A stretch of DNA of 36,179 nt, the filler included, from Stramenopiles sp. TOSAG23-3 (taxonomy: Eukaryota), in the NCBI GenBank assembly GCA_900128585.1. It is 18 parts of 18 records of this genome, joined end to end, with 100 filler letters (N's around TTAATTAATTAA, not from the genome) between each part and the next. Parts side by side here need not be neighbours in the genome. Positions count along the whole stretch, not along the records: positions 10,121 to 12,042 come from LT645241.1; positions 12,143 to 14,062 come from LT645242.1; positions 14,163 to 16,079 come from LT645243.1; positions 16,180 to 18,096 come from LT645244.1; positions 18,197 to 20,111 come from LT645245.1; positions 20,212 to 22,124 come from LT645246.1; 12 more parts are not named here. One strand, written 5' to 3'. Within the stretch, counting starts at the first letter, position 1. The number at the start of each line of letters is the position of its first letter. Positions 10,650 through 21,713 of the stretch are shown piece by piece. The notes under the pieces were generated by a model. It was not told the origin of the DNA. It saw nothing but the letters and a program-made list of their open reading frames with translations, and did no database searches. The translations under genes were made by a program, and so were the position numbers.

Positions 10650-11672
10650 ATGGGTGATCAAAGAGTTGATATTACAGGTCGGTTAGCGAAGCTTAAAGAA
10701 TTGCTCGATTGGGACGCAATTGAGTTGACGTTTCAAAGCCTTGAGGGTAGCGGGGATAGGGCGGGTAGCGAAACTGATTCAGTAACCGCTGCGGATAGCG
10801 AAGACACGATAAAACAAACCTCTTCCTCGTATTTTGATGACGAAACCCTATTGCGATATCTTCGCGCTCGAAATTTTAACGTAAAGGATGCGTATAAACA
10901 AGTGAAACATTCGTATAAATGGCGTTGCGAAAGTCGCCCAGAAAAAACAAAGTGTTCGTTTTGTGCTGTTGATTGCCACGCGCACAACATGCGAATTTGT
11001 GGGATCGATAAAGACGGTTCTCCAATAGTGTACACCTGCTTCAAAGGTGCCGTGCGGAGGTTCAATTTGGCTGCGAACATGGAGCATCTGACGCAGTTAA
11101 TGGAAAATATGCAAAAACTGATTACGGAACGAAGAAATAGGACGGCTCCCGTTGGAAGTGCAGACACGGGAAAGTCGAGTGAACAGCAGGAGGATCTCAC
11201 GTTAACACCATTGTCTGAGCAATGGGTCATTTTCGTGGACTTTCTAGGCTTTGGGATTGCGGATTGTGATCCAAGGACGGCCGTTCATTGCGCACATTTG
11301 CTTGCACATTACCCAGAACGTTTGAAACTAATAGTTATTGTGGATCCCCCGTGGGGATGGGGTGTCCTTTGGTCTGCATGCAAGCCATTCCTAGATGCAA
11401 GAACTAGCTCCAAAGTTCGCTTTGTAAGTTCAGGGAACAAGGAGCAATTGACGGACTTCAAGCTTGGGGATGAAGCAGCGACATGGCTTCATGCAGAGTT
11501 CCAGGATAATAGAAACCCGGACGTAAAACATGGCGAGAAGAAGTACTGGATTCGACCTGCTGAGAAGAAAGATGGGATACACGACCCAAGGGGATTTCCT
11601 TCATACATTGGGACTGACGCATTCAAACACGGGCAGCATGATGGGGCTGTTTTGAGAGAGTTAAATTCTTAA
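10650..11672 (+). CDS. CRAL-TRIO (Sec14-like) lipid-binding protein
   Basis: DDETLLRYLRARNFNVKDA (CRAL-TRIO N-domain), GIDKDGSPIVY, WVIFVDFLGF, HYPERLKLIVIVDPPW..LWSACKPFLDARTSSKVRF; complete single-exon ORF. Confidence 0.92.
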   Translation: MGDQRVDITGRLAKLKELLDWDAIELTFQSLEGSGDRAGSETDSVTAADSEDTIKQTSSSYFDDETLLRYLRARNFNVKDAYKQVKHSYKWRCESRPEKTKCSFCAVDCHAHNMRICGIDKDGSPIVYTCFKGAVRRFNLAANMEHLTQLMENMQKLITERRNRTAPVGSADTGKSSEQQEDLTLTPLSEQWVIFVDFLGFGIADCDPRTAVHCAHLLAHYPERLKLIVIVDPPWGWGVLWSACKPFLDARTSSKVRFVSSGNKEQLTDFKLGDEAATWLHAEFQDNRNPDVKHGEKKYWIRPAEKKDGIHDPRGFPSYIGTDAFKHGQHDGAVLRELNS

Positions 11673-11892
11673 AGAAGGAGAGCGTAAATTTTACAAAGTA
11701 GTTTTACTACGCCCCTATGTTTATTATACTTAAAAACTAATGATATAGAGTATGTTTAAAGGCTCGCTCAAGAGTATCCCAATTGTTTATTAAAATAAAA
11801 TTATATCATCCCCTCGGTGATTGATAACCAAATAATGAAACAAAACTACAGAACCAATTTAGGTTTAGGGTATGAGGACGCTAAATTTAATT

Positions 11893-11920
11893 ACTTAAAT
11901 AACAGCCGATTTTCTTGTTT
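11893..11920 (+). repeat. Copy of dispersed ~27-bp element
   Basis: ACTTAAATAACAGCCGATTTTCTTGTTT, one mismatch to consensus, ~220 bp after the CRAL-TRIO stop. Confidence 0.88.
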
Positions 11921-12163
11921 CTATTAAATATATAATCAAAATTGAGTGTCAAAGTTTAAAGAATCTCTCATCTTTAATAAGAATTTTCTTTGCTTTTTTT
12001 AAATCGAGATCACCATCATCGTTTTTCTTCTTCCTTCCGTTTNNNNNNNNNNNNNNNNNNNNNNNNNNNNNNNNNNNNNNNNNNNNTTAATTAATTAANN
12101 NNNNNNNNNNNNNNNNNNNNNNNNNNNNNNNNNNNNNNNNNNGCAAAACTTTGGAAAGAGGGC

Positions 12164-13564
12164 ATGAGCAAAAAGAATTTAGAGCGCGAGCTGAAGCGAA
12201 TTGAAAGCATTTACAACATCCCTATCGGTTCGAACATACCAACTGCTGTCCGCCTGCAGAAAATTCGACGATGTGTAGAGGAGAAAGAAATCCAGATCAG
12301 TGAAGCAAAAGCCACTGAAGACGCAGCCCAGGCATCAAAGAGCCTTAGTATTCACAACAAGGCAAAAGAGAATTCCGGAAATGTGGCAAACATAGCGCAA
12401 CCGCTGATTAGCCGCCCCGAGTGGCTACCGGACGGTTCAGCAAATACGTGCCTTTCTTGTACAACTGAATTTTCCCTGTTTACTAGAAGACACCACTGCC
12501 GCGCTTGTGGAGACATTTTTTGCTACAAATGCACACAGTCTAGGGTGGCAATACCGTGTCTTGAGTTTCTGGAGCCTGTTAGAGTCTGCGATGACTGTTT
12601 GCCTCGCATTACTCTAAGTTCAATGAAGGGGGGATTTAATGTTTTTCAACAGAAGGTGGGTACAAGCGACGACACGCTGTTGGATCAATCTGTTTTGGAA
12701 CATCAACACGCTGCGTGGGCGAAGAAAGCAACGATGCCCAAGACTGCTGCCCAGGCCGCCAAACCTGTCGCAGTCGCTGCTCCCCCAAAACTGACCTCAG
12801 GGCAGACGGTCGGGAAAAAATCCGCGTTTGCTGTTCCCGCTTCACGACGACCGCAAATGCGGAGGCCACAGAATATTCCTCCTCCACCACCCCTTCCAAA
12901 GACGCCGAATGTGAAGAAGCCCGCGGCAGCACCTGGTAAGAAGGGCTTGCCATTTTTACAGGACATCAAACGCTCGCAAAAGCTTCACAAAACGCCAGGC
13001 AGAGAGAAAAAATTAGGAGAAAAAGTTGCAACTCCAGGACGGCGACCGTTTTGTCAAGAAAATCTTGCGGATGCACTAAAAAAGTTGAAGAAGACACCTA
13101 AAAAGGGGTCATCATCTGGTAGAAAGCGCAAAACGGCACCGATGGGAAAAGGGATTAGTGCAGCAGACCTACAAGTCAAACTCAAGCAATTACGAAAGAC
13201 GCCCACAAAAGGGAGCATGTCTAGACTGAACCAGCTGGCCTCAGAAAAAACTTTGGGCAATTCACGTAGTTCGTTGAACTCAGATTTAATCGCCTCTATT
13301 AAAAAAATGCGAAAAAGTGTTACTGGGGAGACGGTAGAGGCCTGGGAATCCAGCTTCAATTCAAAGAAAGAGCAAAAGCGCAAAGTGATGACAGCGCGTC
13401 ACGTGAACCAGTTCACAAGATCCTCAAACAGTTCTCCCGGCATCAAGACAATTCGTGGTTTGAAGTCGTATCTGGACCACCGGGATTTAAATGGAAAAGA
13501 AAACGTCGATTCGCCTCGATCAGACTTTTCAGATTCTTTTGCTGATTCTCCAATTACTTTTTGA
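12164..13564 (+). CDS. FYVE zinc-finger protein with polyproline tract and WH2-like repeats (may be 5'-truncated)
   Basis: WLPD..CxxC..FSLFTRRHHCRACGDIFC..C..VRVCDDC is a canonical FYVE domain (WxxD, RRHHCR, RVC); then PPPPPLP and four helix+L[HKR]KT-type motifs. Confidence 0.9.
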   Translation: MSKKNLERELKRIESIYNIPIGSNIPTAVRLQKIRRCVEEKEIQISEAKATEDAAQASKSLSIHNKAKENSGNVANIAQPLISRPEWLPDGSANTCLSCTTEFSLFTRRHHCRACGDIFCYKCTQSRVAIPCLEFLEPVRVCDDCLPRITLSSMKGGFNVFQQKVGTSDDTLLDQSVLEHQHAAWAKKATMPKTAAQAAKPVAVAAPPKLTSGQTVGKKSAFAVPASRRPQMRRPQNIPPPPPLPKTPNVKKPAAAPGKKGLPFLQDIKRSQKLHKTPGREKKLGEKVATPGRRPFCQENLADALKKLKKTPKKGSSSGRKRKTAPMGKGISAADLQVKLKQLRKTPTKGSMSRLNQLASEKTLGNSRSSLNSDLIASIKKMRKSVTGETVEAWESSFNSKKEQKRKVMTARHVNQFTRSSNSSPGIKTIRGLKSYLDHRDLNGKENVDSPRSDFSDSFADSPITF

Positions 13565-13886
13565 TTATAATCCTTACCCTTACTTTCATCCAAGAAGGCA
13601 CAAAAATATGGTGTATGTTATGGTTCTTGGGATAGAAGCGTAAAAGAGTATGGTGCGATGTGTATGAAAAAAATTTGAAACCAAATATAACGTCCCAAGT
13701 ATCTAAAGTGTTGTAAAATGACTACTGAAATTTTCTATCCATCCTTCCTTGCAATGTAATTTGTTTTTGTCGGACACGATTCTTTTGCTTCCTTCTTGTA
13801 CTACGTTTGTTTCTGCTCCGCTCCAAAAATCTCTCCAAGTATTCAATTTACTTTGCAAATACACGCGTGGAAGTCCAGAGATATAA

Positions 13887-13914
13887 AAACAAGAAAATTG
13901 GCTGTTATTTAAGT
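13887..13914 (-). repeat. Copy of dispersed ~27-bp element
   Basis: AAACAAGAAAATTGGCTGTTATTTAAGT on the + strand, ~320 bp after the FYVE gene stop. Confidence 0.88.
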
Positions 13915-14163
13915 TTTGGACTCCATCTATCAGTATCGATTAGTAAAACCACAAAGTTTTGAAGATTATGACTGGGAACAGGATCGAATGATACAATATC
14001 GTAGGAACGACAAAGGAGGTACCGACCGACTTTAAGTGATATGATTTTTAGCAGTCGCAAAANNNNNNNNNNNNNNNNNNNNNNNNNNNNNNNNNNNNNN
14101 NNNNNNTTAATTAATTAANNNNNNNNNNNNNNNNNNNNNNNNNNNNNNNNNNNNNNNNNNNNC

Positions 14164-15381
14164 CCAACGCCAACTCGTTACACGCCAAAGCGATCGGGGA
14201 AAGATCGAAACTGGCAAAGTTCAAACAGCTCTCGGCTTGTTTTTAAAGCCGTAGAAAGAGAGCAAACGGGGGAGGTGTTTGAGGATAGAGTAGAGAAGGA
14301 ATGCGAAAAGGTCAAGCAGGCCGTGGAAGAGCTCGTGGGATGGTTCCAAGAGATTCGAAGCAAAGCAGCACGGGGGTTTTCCGGAAAAGAAATATACAGA
14401 TTGCCCCAGAAGATAAGGCCTTCTGAAACGTGCGCGTACAAGCACAGACACGTGCCGAAAGTGTACTTGAACGGCAGCGATGAGCTCTGGATGGCTTACA
14501 ACGAGTACAAGTCCTTGTACCGAGAAATGCAAAAAGAAATGTCGGCTATAAGGCGAAAGGCCCTGACGCGGCAGACCATGTCGACGTCCAAACGCTCGGA
14601 GAACTTCGAGAGAGAGAAACGCGCGTACAAATCCTCCTTGGAAGATGCGCTGGGAATTTTTAAGCAACGCGTGAACGATGTCACAAAATCTGGCATGGAC
14701 CCAAAGAGCTGGCCTCTTCCGACAGAAGTCCTGCGGAACAGGCTCCAACCGCCGCCGAAAGAGCACGGGTGCGCCCAGGCGCAGGCCTTCAAAGACTACC
14801 TCAACCGGCTAAAAATTATCATACTCTTGTACGAAGAAAAACGGAAGAACAGCATTGCAAGGTCCGAGGCGAAGCATAAACTGAAAAAGTCAATAGAGAA
14901 GGGGAAAACAAGGCACTTGAAGAAGGAAAGGCTCATGCTGAGGAAGAAAAACGAGCGGCGCCTGTTCCAACGAATGGTGGACATTGCTCGAAGCAGCAGC
15001 TTGTTCGAGTACACGTCGGAAGTGGCTGCCGAAGACAAATACTTGGACTACGAGAATTCTTTTTCTTTCTTTCGGTGGAAAAAGAAGAAGCCAAAGCTCA
15101 GCAAAACGCAAAGCATGCTTCTCAAGGCGGAAAAGAAGGCTGCAAAGGTCCGGATAATGCAAGTGAAACGCTCTGGCCTTGCGAAAATTCGTCGGGCCGT
15201 CAATGGGGGAAAATACCAAACCCTGCGAAAAATGAAAATCAAAGATATCTCGAAAGAAGTCCGGAAAGAAGTGCTGGTGAAAAATAACCAATTTTTAACG
15301 CCTGAACAAAACCAAGTGTTGGCAGACAATATGTCCATCTGGGGAGGAGAAGTAGACGAAATACTCACTGGCGAAGAGTAA
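14164..15381 (+). CDS. Basic Lys/Arg/Glu-rich helical protein of unknown function, 5'-truncated
   Basis: Frame is open from the contig start to TAA at 15379-15381 (~405 codons); no family recognised. Confidence 0.7.
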   Translation, partial: PTPTRYTPKRSGKDRNWQSSNSSRLVFKAVEREQTGEVFEDRVEKECEKVKQAVEELVGWFQEIRSKAARGFSGKEIYRLPQKIRPSETCAYKHRHVPKVYLNGSDELWMAYNEYKSLYREMQKEMSAIRRKALTRQTMSTSKRSENFEREKRAYKSSLEDALGIFKQRVNDVTKSGMDPKSWPLPTEVLRNRLQPPPKEHGCAQAQAFKDYLNRLKIIILLYEEKRKNSIARSEAKHKLKKSIEKGKTRHLKKERLMLRKKNERRLFQRMVDIARSSSLFEYTSEVAAEDKYLDYENSFSFFRWKKKKPKLSKTQSMLLKAEKKAAKVRIMQVKRSGLAKIRRAVNGGKYQTLRKMKIKDISKEVRKEVLVKNNQFLTPEQNQVLADNMSIWGGEVDEILTGEE

Positions 15382-15475
15382 AACCGGTGGAGCTCAGTTT
15401 TAATTTTAGTGTGTGTTATAAAAATATAACCCAGAGAGAGAGGCATTTATTAAAACGATAAAAATAATGGCTCTA

Positions 15476-15496
15476 TAGCCAATTTTCTTGTTTTTA
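15476..15496 (+). repeat. Partial copy of dispersed element
   Basis: TAGCCAATTTTCTTGTTTTTA between two convergent stops (15381 and 15613). Confidence 0.7.
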
Positions 15497-15612
15497 TTTT
15501 TACGAGAGATCAGTTCGTAAGAGCATTAAAATGCAATTTTAATTTCTCCTCGTATGTCTTGCCGGGGCACGAGCTTGTTGCTGTCGATGGGGCTGTGCTC
15601 CAGTACGCGTAC

Positions 15613-16077
15613 CTAAAAGTCCCTGCCCCGAATCGTGTTGTGGTGGTGTTTGGATGCATCCAGCATGTCCATTTCTTTCTTTCTTGCGTTTTGCTTTTTC
15701 CTCCACGCTGATGTTTGACGGCGTGCAGCCTTTGACATGTTCAGCACGTCATCCTCGTAATCCAAGGCGTGGCGTGTATGGTCAGCATCGGTGTGCAAGT
15801 TTTTAAACTCTTGGTCTATTCTGTTTTCTGCAGAAAAGTGTGAACTGCTGTCGTTAAGCAAGTACCTCGTCGGGTCCATGTCGGTCGATGTGGCAGTCTG
15901 CTTTCGGTAAATGTCCGCGATTGAGATGGCCCTTTCTTTCGACTCTTTCCTGTGTTTCTCCCAATCCGTGCCTTCCGTCCGCTTGTGCCCAGCTTTGTGC
16001 GAATGCGATGGGAGCTCACTGGCGGCCCCACCGCCTCTCTTGTCGTCTGTCCCTTCCTCTTGGTCGTCTTCGTCTTC
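15613..16077 (-). CDS. C-terminal fragment of a hydrophilic hypothetical protein
   Basis: Minus frame open from the contig end (EDEDDQEEGTDDKRGGG...TSTDMDPTRYLL...IRGRDF*), coding-like GC content. Confidence 0.55.
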   Translation of the reverse strand, partial: EDEDDQEEGTDDKRGGGAASELPSHSHKAGHKRTEGTDWEKHRKESKERAISIADIYRKQTATSTDMDPTRYLLNDSSSHFSAENRIDQEFKNLHTDADHTRHALDYEDDVLNMSKAARRQTSAWRKKQNARKKEMDMLDASKHHHNTIRGRDF

Positions 16078-16179
16078 CGNNNNNNNNNNNNNNNNNNNNN
16101 NNNNNNNNNNNNNNNNNNNNNNNTTAATTAATTAANNNNNNNNNNNNNNNNNNNNNNNNNNNNNNNNNNNNNNNNNNNN

Positions 16180-16898
16180 CTGTGCGAGTGGCCCGCGATG
16201 ATTTCTGGGGCAATGTAATTTGGCGTACCACATATTGTCTTTTTTCGCTCATCGGCGTCTACAAGTTTCGCAGAAAGGCCGAGGTCGCCCACGCGCACTT
16301 CCATGTTCTTGTTCAAGAACAAGTTCCCCAACTTCATGTCGCGGTGGATGACTTTGTGGCGGTGCAAATAGCGCAGCGCATCGATCATCTGCAGGGTGTA
16401 ATACCGGGCCTCGGGCTCGCTCAAAGTTTTTCTACGTTTCACCAATTCCATCATGGTGCTGTTGGTGCATATCTCCAAGAGAATGTAAACGTTGACCTTA
16501 TCTTCAAAAAAATGTTCGAATTTTACAATGTGTCTGTGGTTCAGGTGCTTGTGGATCTTGATCTCGGCGATCAGCTTCGCCTTCGCTTTGCTCTTGACTA
16601 ACGAACTCTTCGCGACTACTTTCCCTGCGTAAACCCTTCCTGTCTTCATGCACGTCATGGTGTAACATCGTGCGAAGCCACCTTTTCCCAAGTACTTTCC
16701 CTTCGTGTATTTGTATATCTTAACTTCTCCGCTGGAAGACTTTCGCTTCTCGACTATTACGTCCGGGATGATGGAATCGTGCTTTGAGTTCTTCTTCTTT
16801 TTCTTCTTCTGCTGGACCTTGGCGTCCCGGTCGTTGTACACTGGCTTGACTTTCGGCTTCAACACTCCTCCCCCGTGAGCGTTCGCTTTGGTTGACAT
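16180..16898 (-). CDS. PLK1: Polo-like kinase, N-terminal kinase domain (3'-truncated)
   Basis: LGKGGFARCY (Polo-specific GxGGFAxC loop), YAGKVVAKSSL, EIKIHK, HRDMKLGNLFL, ERKKTICGTPNYIAPE. Confidence 0.95.
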
Positions 16899-18196
16899 TT
16901 GTGCTTTCAATTTCCTGTTTTTATTATCTTAACTAGTTAATCTCTCTGCTCTTTAAACTATGAAACTACTAAAACTATCCCTAACGCTAATTCGACTAAA
17001 CTATTGTAGTACGGTTGCTTTCTTTGGAATGGTCAAACGAGGTTCGTGAATCCGTCTGTCGAACTGTTACGAAAGTGCCGGCGAGCGGGGGTGAACCAAA
17101 TGCAAATTAATACGGAACAGTCGAACTAAATGTCCACTAACTGTTGCAACGTCTCCTTTTTATTTTAAAATGATTGGTACAGTGAAATGTATCAATGTAT
17201 GTTCACCTTCTTTTCTGTTTTAATTGTCTATTTAAGTGAACAAATTGCTATCCGTAGATAATTGAATAGTTATATATCTGTTGTTTCTTTTTTTAATAAT
17301 AAAATATTATTATAATAATTATTTTTTTTTTAATTTTATTATATTATTATTTTTGTACTACACTACATATCATGGGTTTGCGGTTCGGTTCGTTCGGGAG
17401 GAGGTGGGGCGGCGGTGATATTTTTTTTTATTCTTCTTTTTTTTTTATATTATTTTTTTTATTATTCTTGCTATTGATGAGTTAATGATTAGATGTGAAA
17501 ATAGAATTGGCGGAGTCTTGATATAATAATTTACCGACATTCTATATAGACAGAGCATAGGATATGATGGACAAGATATTATTTTTAATAATGATGGACT
17601 CGTTTCTTCTTCAGATTGAAAAAATACAATGATATTTCCCTTTTAAATAGAATAACGATAATTAACGACCGATATATACTATTACATAGTATTGCATATA
17701 ATTTCCTATTTAAAATTACATTAGGCTACGGTAATAATTTACAGTTAGAGATATTTTATAATCAAACACCATTGAATCGTTCACCAAATTGTATAAAATA
17801 CAACTACAAACAAAATAAATTAACGACGCAACAGTCATCTCATCTCATCTGATCTCATCCCATCACAGCTTAAGTATAAGTACAGTGTATTATAAATTTT
17901 ATATATTATAAAGTATACAATATATCTATAATTAATTATATATATTTACGTATATTTATATTATATTTATATATATATTATTATCTATTAATTTCCTTCT
18001 ATTTGATGACGTCATTTTTTTCAAGTCTTTTTTCTTCTTCGTTCTTTCTTCTACTTTTTTATTAAATAATAATATTTTTTATAAGAAACGAAGAAGNNNN
18101 NNNNNNNNNNNNNNNNNNNNNNNNNNNNNNNNNNNNNNNNTTAATTAATTAANNNNNNNNNNNNNNNNNNNNNNNNNNNNNNNNNNNNNNNNNNNN

Positions 18197-19358
18197 AGTT
18201 AAAGGGGTTACTGTCACCGGTTCGTTCGGTAAAGGACATACTACCAGTGTTTTCGAAATACTTCAATTTCCCATTGTGTTCCCCCACGACCAGATCCATA
18301 TTCCCGTCCTTATTTACGTCGATGAAAGTGGGGGCGCTAAATTGACCCACATTGATAGAGTTAAAGGGGTTACTGGCACCGGTTCGTTCGGTAAAGGACA
18401 TACTACCAGTGTTTTCGTAATACTTCAAATTCCCATCTTTTCCCCCCACGACCAGAGCCATATTCCCGTCCTTATTTACGTCGATGAAAGTGGGGGCGCT
18501 GTAATCACCCACATCGATAGAGTTAAAGGGGTTACTGGCACCGGTTCGTTCGGTAAAGGACATACTACCAGTGTTTTCGTAATACTTCAAGTTCCCATTG
18601 TTTTCCCCCACGACCAGATCCATATTCCCGTCCTTATTTACGTCGATGAAAGTGGGGGCGCTGTACTGACCCACATTGATAGAGTTAAAGGGGTTACTGT
18701 CACCGGTTCGTTCGGTAAAGGACATACTACCAGTGTTTTCGTAATAGTTCAAGGTCCCACTGCTTTCCCCCACGACCAGATCCATATTCCCGTCCTTATT
18801 TACGTCAATGAAAGTGGGTTTGCTCTCTACACCCACATTAATAGAGTTAAAGGGGTTACTGGAACCTATTCGTTCGGTAAAGGACATACTACCAGTGTTT
18901 TCGTAATAGTTCAAGTTCCCATTGTATTCCCCCACGACCAGATCCATATTCCCGTCCTTATTTACGTCAATGAAAGTGGGGGCGCTGAGCTGACCCACAT
19001 CGATAGAGTTAAAGGGGTTACTGTCACCGGTTCGTTCGGTAAAGGACATACTACCAGTGTTTTCGTAATAGTTCAAGTTCCCATCTTGTTCCCCCACGAC
19101 CAGATCCATATTCCCGTCCTTATTTACGTCAATGAAAGTGGGAGCGCTGTACTGACCCACATTGATAGAGTTAAAGGGGTTACTGGCACCGGTTCGTTCG
19201 GTAAAGGACATACTACTACCAGTGTTTTCGTAATACTTCAAGATCCCATTGTTTTCCCCCACGACCAGATCCATATTCCCGTCCTTATTTACGTCAATGA
19301 AAGTGGGGGCGCTGTACATACCCACATTGATAGAGTTAAAGGGGTTACTGGCACCGGT
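18197..19358. repeat. Coding tandem repeat, 162-bp unit x ~7.2
   Basis: TTAAAGGGGTTACT recurs at 18199, 18361, 18523, 18685, 18847, 19009, 19171 (162-bp spacing) and 19336 (165 bp, one extra Ser codon). Confidence 0.95.
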
Positions 19359-19478
19359 TACGGACAAAAATGTCCTCGAGTGCCCCCAACAGCCTTTCGT
19401 CGAGTTCAACTCACAGTGGAACCCCCACACCGTCGGCAGAACCGCTAAAAGGAAAAGGGCTCGGGAAAGGGCAATCAT
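18197..19478 (-). CDS. Secreted/surface FG-GAP (VCBS/integrin-alpha-like beta-propeller) repeat protein, 3'-truncated
   Basis: Signal peptide MIALSRALFLLAVLPTVWG; 7 full 54-aa repeats each with SAPTFIDVNKDGNMDLVVG (DxNxDGxxD Ca-binding loop) and YYENTG. Confidence 0.9.
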
Positions 19479-20597
19479 TGTTTCCGTAAGATATTGTTTT
19501 ACATTAAATTTTCAGAAAATTCAATTTTTCCACGAAATACGTCTCCAAGCTTTGCTAATTTGATTCCAACAATCATTACCTAGTCTTTACATTTGACCAG
19601 TCCATCGCAAACAAAAAAGAAAACAAAAGGCAGAAGAATTTCCTGTATCATATTAGTTTATTAATTACCGAAACCGTGGTGATGGGGTGGGCGAAAAGAA
19701 GAAAGAAAAAACGGCGGCGGGACGGAAGAAGAAGGCAACAAATACCAACATTACAACAATGCTGTGTGATGTTATTAATATTAATAGTAAATTATAACCG
19801 CAACCAACAACAAAACAGAAAAAATTTCCTCGGGCGCGGGCGGCCTTGAAAAAAAGTCCGTCCGGCCCCCGTCTGCTCCACTTTCTTCTTCCCCTTCGCT
19901 TATCATACATTTAAGGATTTTCGTGTATTTATATAACATACACGTAGCATTAAAGTGATTAACATAATCACAGCACTACTGTTGGAACAAAAAACGACGA
20001 GATACGAGAAATATTTAAGATGAGATACCTTCGCGTATCTTTTTTTTATTTAATAATAATTATTTTTTTAATCTTCTTCTTCTCTCCTCCTCCTCTATCT
20101 CTCTTCTTCTTNNNNNNNNNNNNNNNNNNNNNNNNNNNNNNNNNNNNNNNNNNNNTTAATTAATTAANNNNNNNNNNNNNNNNNNNNNNNNNNNNNNNNN
20201 NNNNNNNNNNNTTGTTGTTGTTGTTGTTGACAAAAATCATTTCTGACAAAAATCTTCTTCATCTTTTCTAAAAAACAAAACAAAAAATAAAAGTGGAAGA
20301 ATAATATATAGTCTAATAATAGCATTTACACAGCATCAAAATAAAAAATGAAAGGGGGGGGCTCCTGAGCTGAGATGGAGAGAGAGAGGATGGAACAACT
20401 GGGGGGATGGAGAGTTTTTTTATTCAATCTTCTTCTGCAAATTTTATATTTGATACGATTTGAAAATTCGATTGAAGCAGCCACCCTTGTATGTGGAGAA
20501 AAGCTGCGATTTTATTTATATCCATGTAACAAATGAAAAAAGAGAGCAAGGTTGGGCGAAAGTAAGGGGCCTCGATCAATATATATGGGGACTGGAA

Positions 20598-21621
20598 ATG
20601 ACTTCGCCGACAAGTTCGTTCAAGAGACTTTCGCTGTTGGACGACCTCGTTGCGAGGGTCGTTGACGGCACGGCGGACACGTGTGCTATAAATGTTCCAA
20701 ACGGTGTACGGGAAGTGGACCTCGTAATTTCGGGGGGGGGGTCTTCGAGGCTACTTTGTCACCGGGGCTTCGGTTATATTGCATAATATCTTAAAACGAG
20801 AAGACATAAAGGTGGCTCGATACGCAGGAGCTTCCTGCGGAGCGTGGTGTGCTGCTTTTATTGCAATGGGAATGTCAACCAGGACTTGGGTAGAAACGTT
20901 TTTGTTAACGCAAAAAGTGTGCTCTGAAAACCCAAAGAAAACAATCCATACGGCTTATAGAGATACAGTAATACCATGGCTTTATAGATCAAAAGGTATC
21001 CCCGACGATGCGTACAAACGGTGCTCCGGCAGATGTTTCATTTCGATCACTCGTCTAACGCCTCTGCCTGTGAACGAGATTGTTTCCGAGTTTAAAGACA
21101 ACAATGACTTGCTAAATTGCCTAATGGGATCTTCGGCCATCCCGTACTTTACCGAGTCTTCTCTGACTGGTTTCTTTCGTGGGCGCAGGGTTTTGGATGG
21201 CGGAATTACAAATAATCTGCCGTTATTTTTTGACAATTCCGATAGGCACCAATTCGTAATCAGACTCTCGGACGTGCCGATTACGTGGACAAACATGATA
21301 ACTCCATCAGAGCAATGCATTGAAACGATGGTTCTTCGGGGTGCTCTCCAAATTTCTGATTTTTTTCTGCGCCGAAAAGGCCATCGTCCAGATAGCGATT
21401 ATGAACGCGACCAGAAAGCGTTTAAAAAAGGAATTTTCCACTGGTATTTGAACAAAAAGCAACCAGAACCAGAAGATGACGCAGAGATCTTGTACGAAGA
21501 TCACGGTCTCTTGCTCTTAAGGAAACATCATGTAGTAAGGACGTTACTCTCAGTTTGTTGGATTTTTGTGTACCAGCTGTTTCACTTCATTTTTAGCTGT
21601 TGTTGTTGTAAAAACTCTTAG
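20598..21621 (+). CDS. Patatin-like phospholipase (PNPLA/ATGL-type) with a +1 frameshift in a G10 run at 20732-20741
   Basis: Removing one G restores VDLVISGGGLRGYFVTGASVILHN (oxyanion loop) in frame with GASCG (catalytic Ser) and VLDGGITNNLP (catalytic Asp); hydrophobic C-terminus ending CCCCKNS. Confidence 0.88.
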
Positions 21622-21713
21622 TCAGTCACGACTTGCGTCATAGGTTGCTGTCATCAATTTAGGCATTTCTTCGGACTATGAAATCTTACTCTTAGTACAA
21701 ATTGTACATGCAA

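Noticed and set aside
11858-11870. TTTAGGTTTAGGG telomere-like word
   Set aside because: Only two imperfect units, internal to a contig.
17616-17852. Short AT-rich ORFs in intergenic DNA (also 10471-10686, 30449-30736, 32462-32753, 33726-33929)
   Set aside because: Low complexity, composition unlike the real genes, no motifs.
18197-19358. Diversity-generating retroelement behind the FG-GAP variable codons (many changes fall on A of AAC/AAT)
   Set aside because: Several changes are at non-A positions (AAC vs CAA, AAA, AAT; TAC vs GAG, TTT), and no template repeat or reverse transcriptase is in the window.
18276-19448. 390-aa antisense ORF over the FG-GAP array
   Set aside because: One stop-free 162-bp unit repeated gives a long ORF automatically; no independent coding signal.
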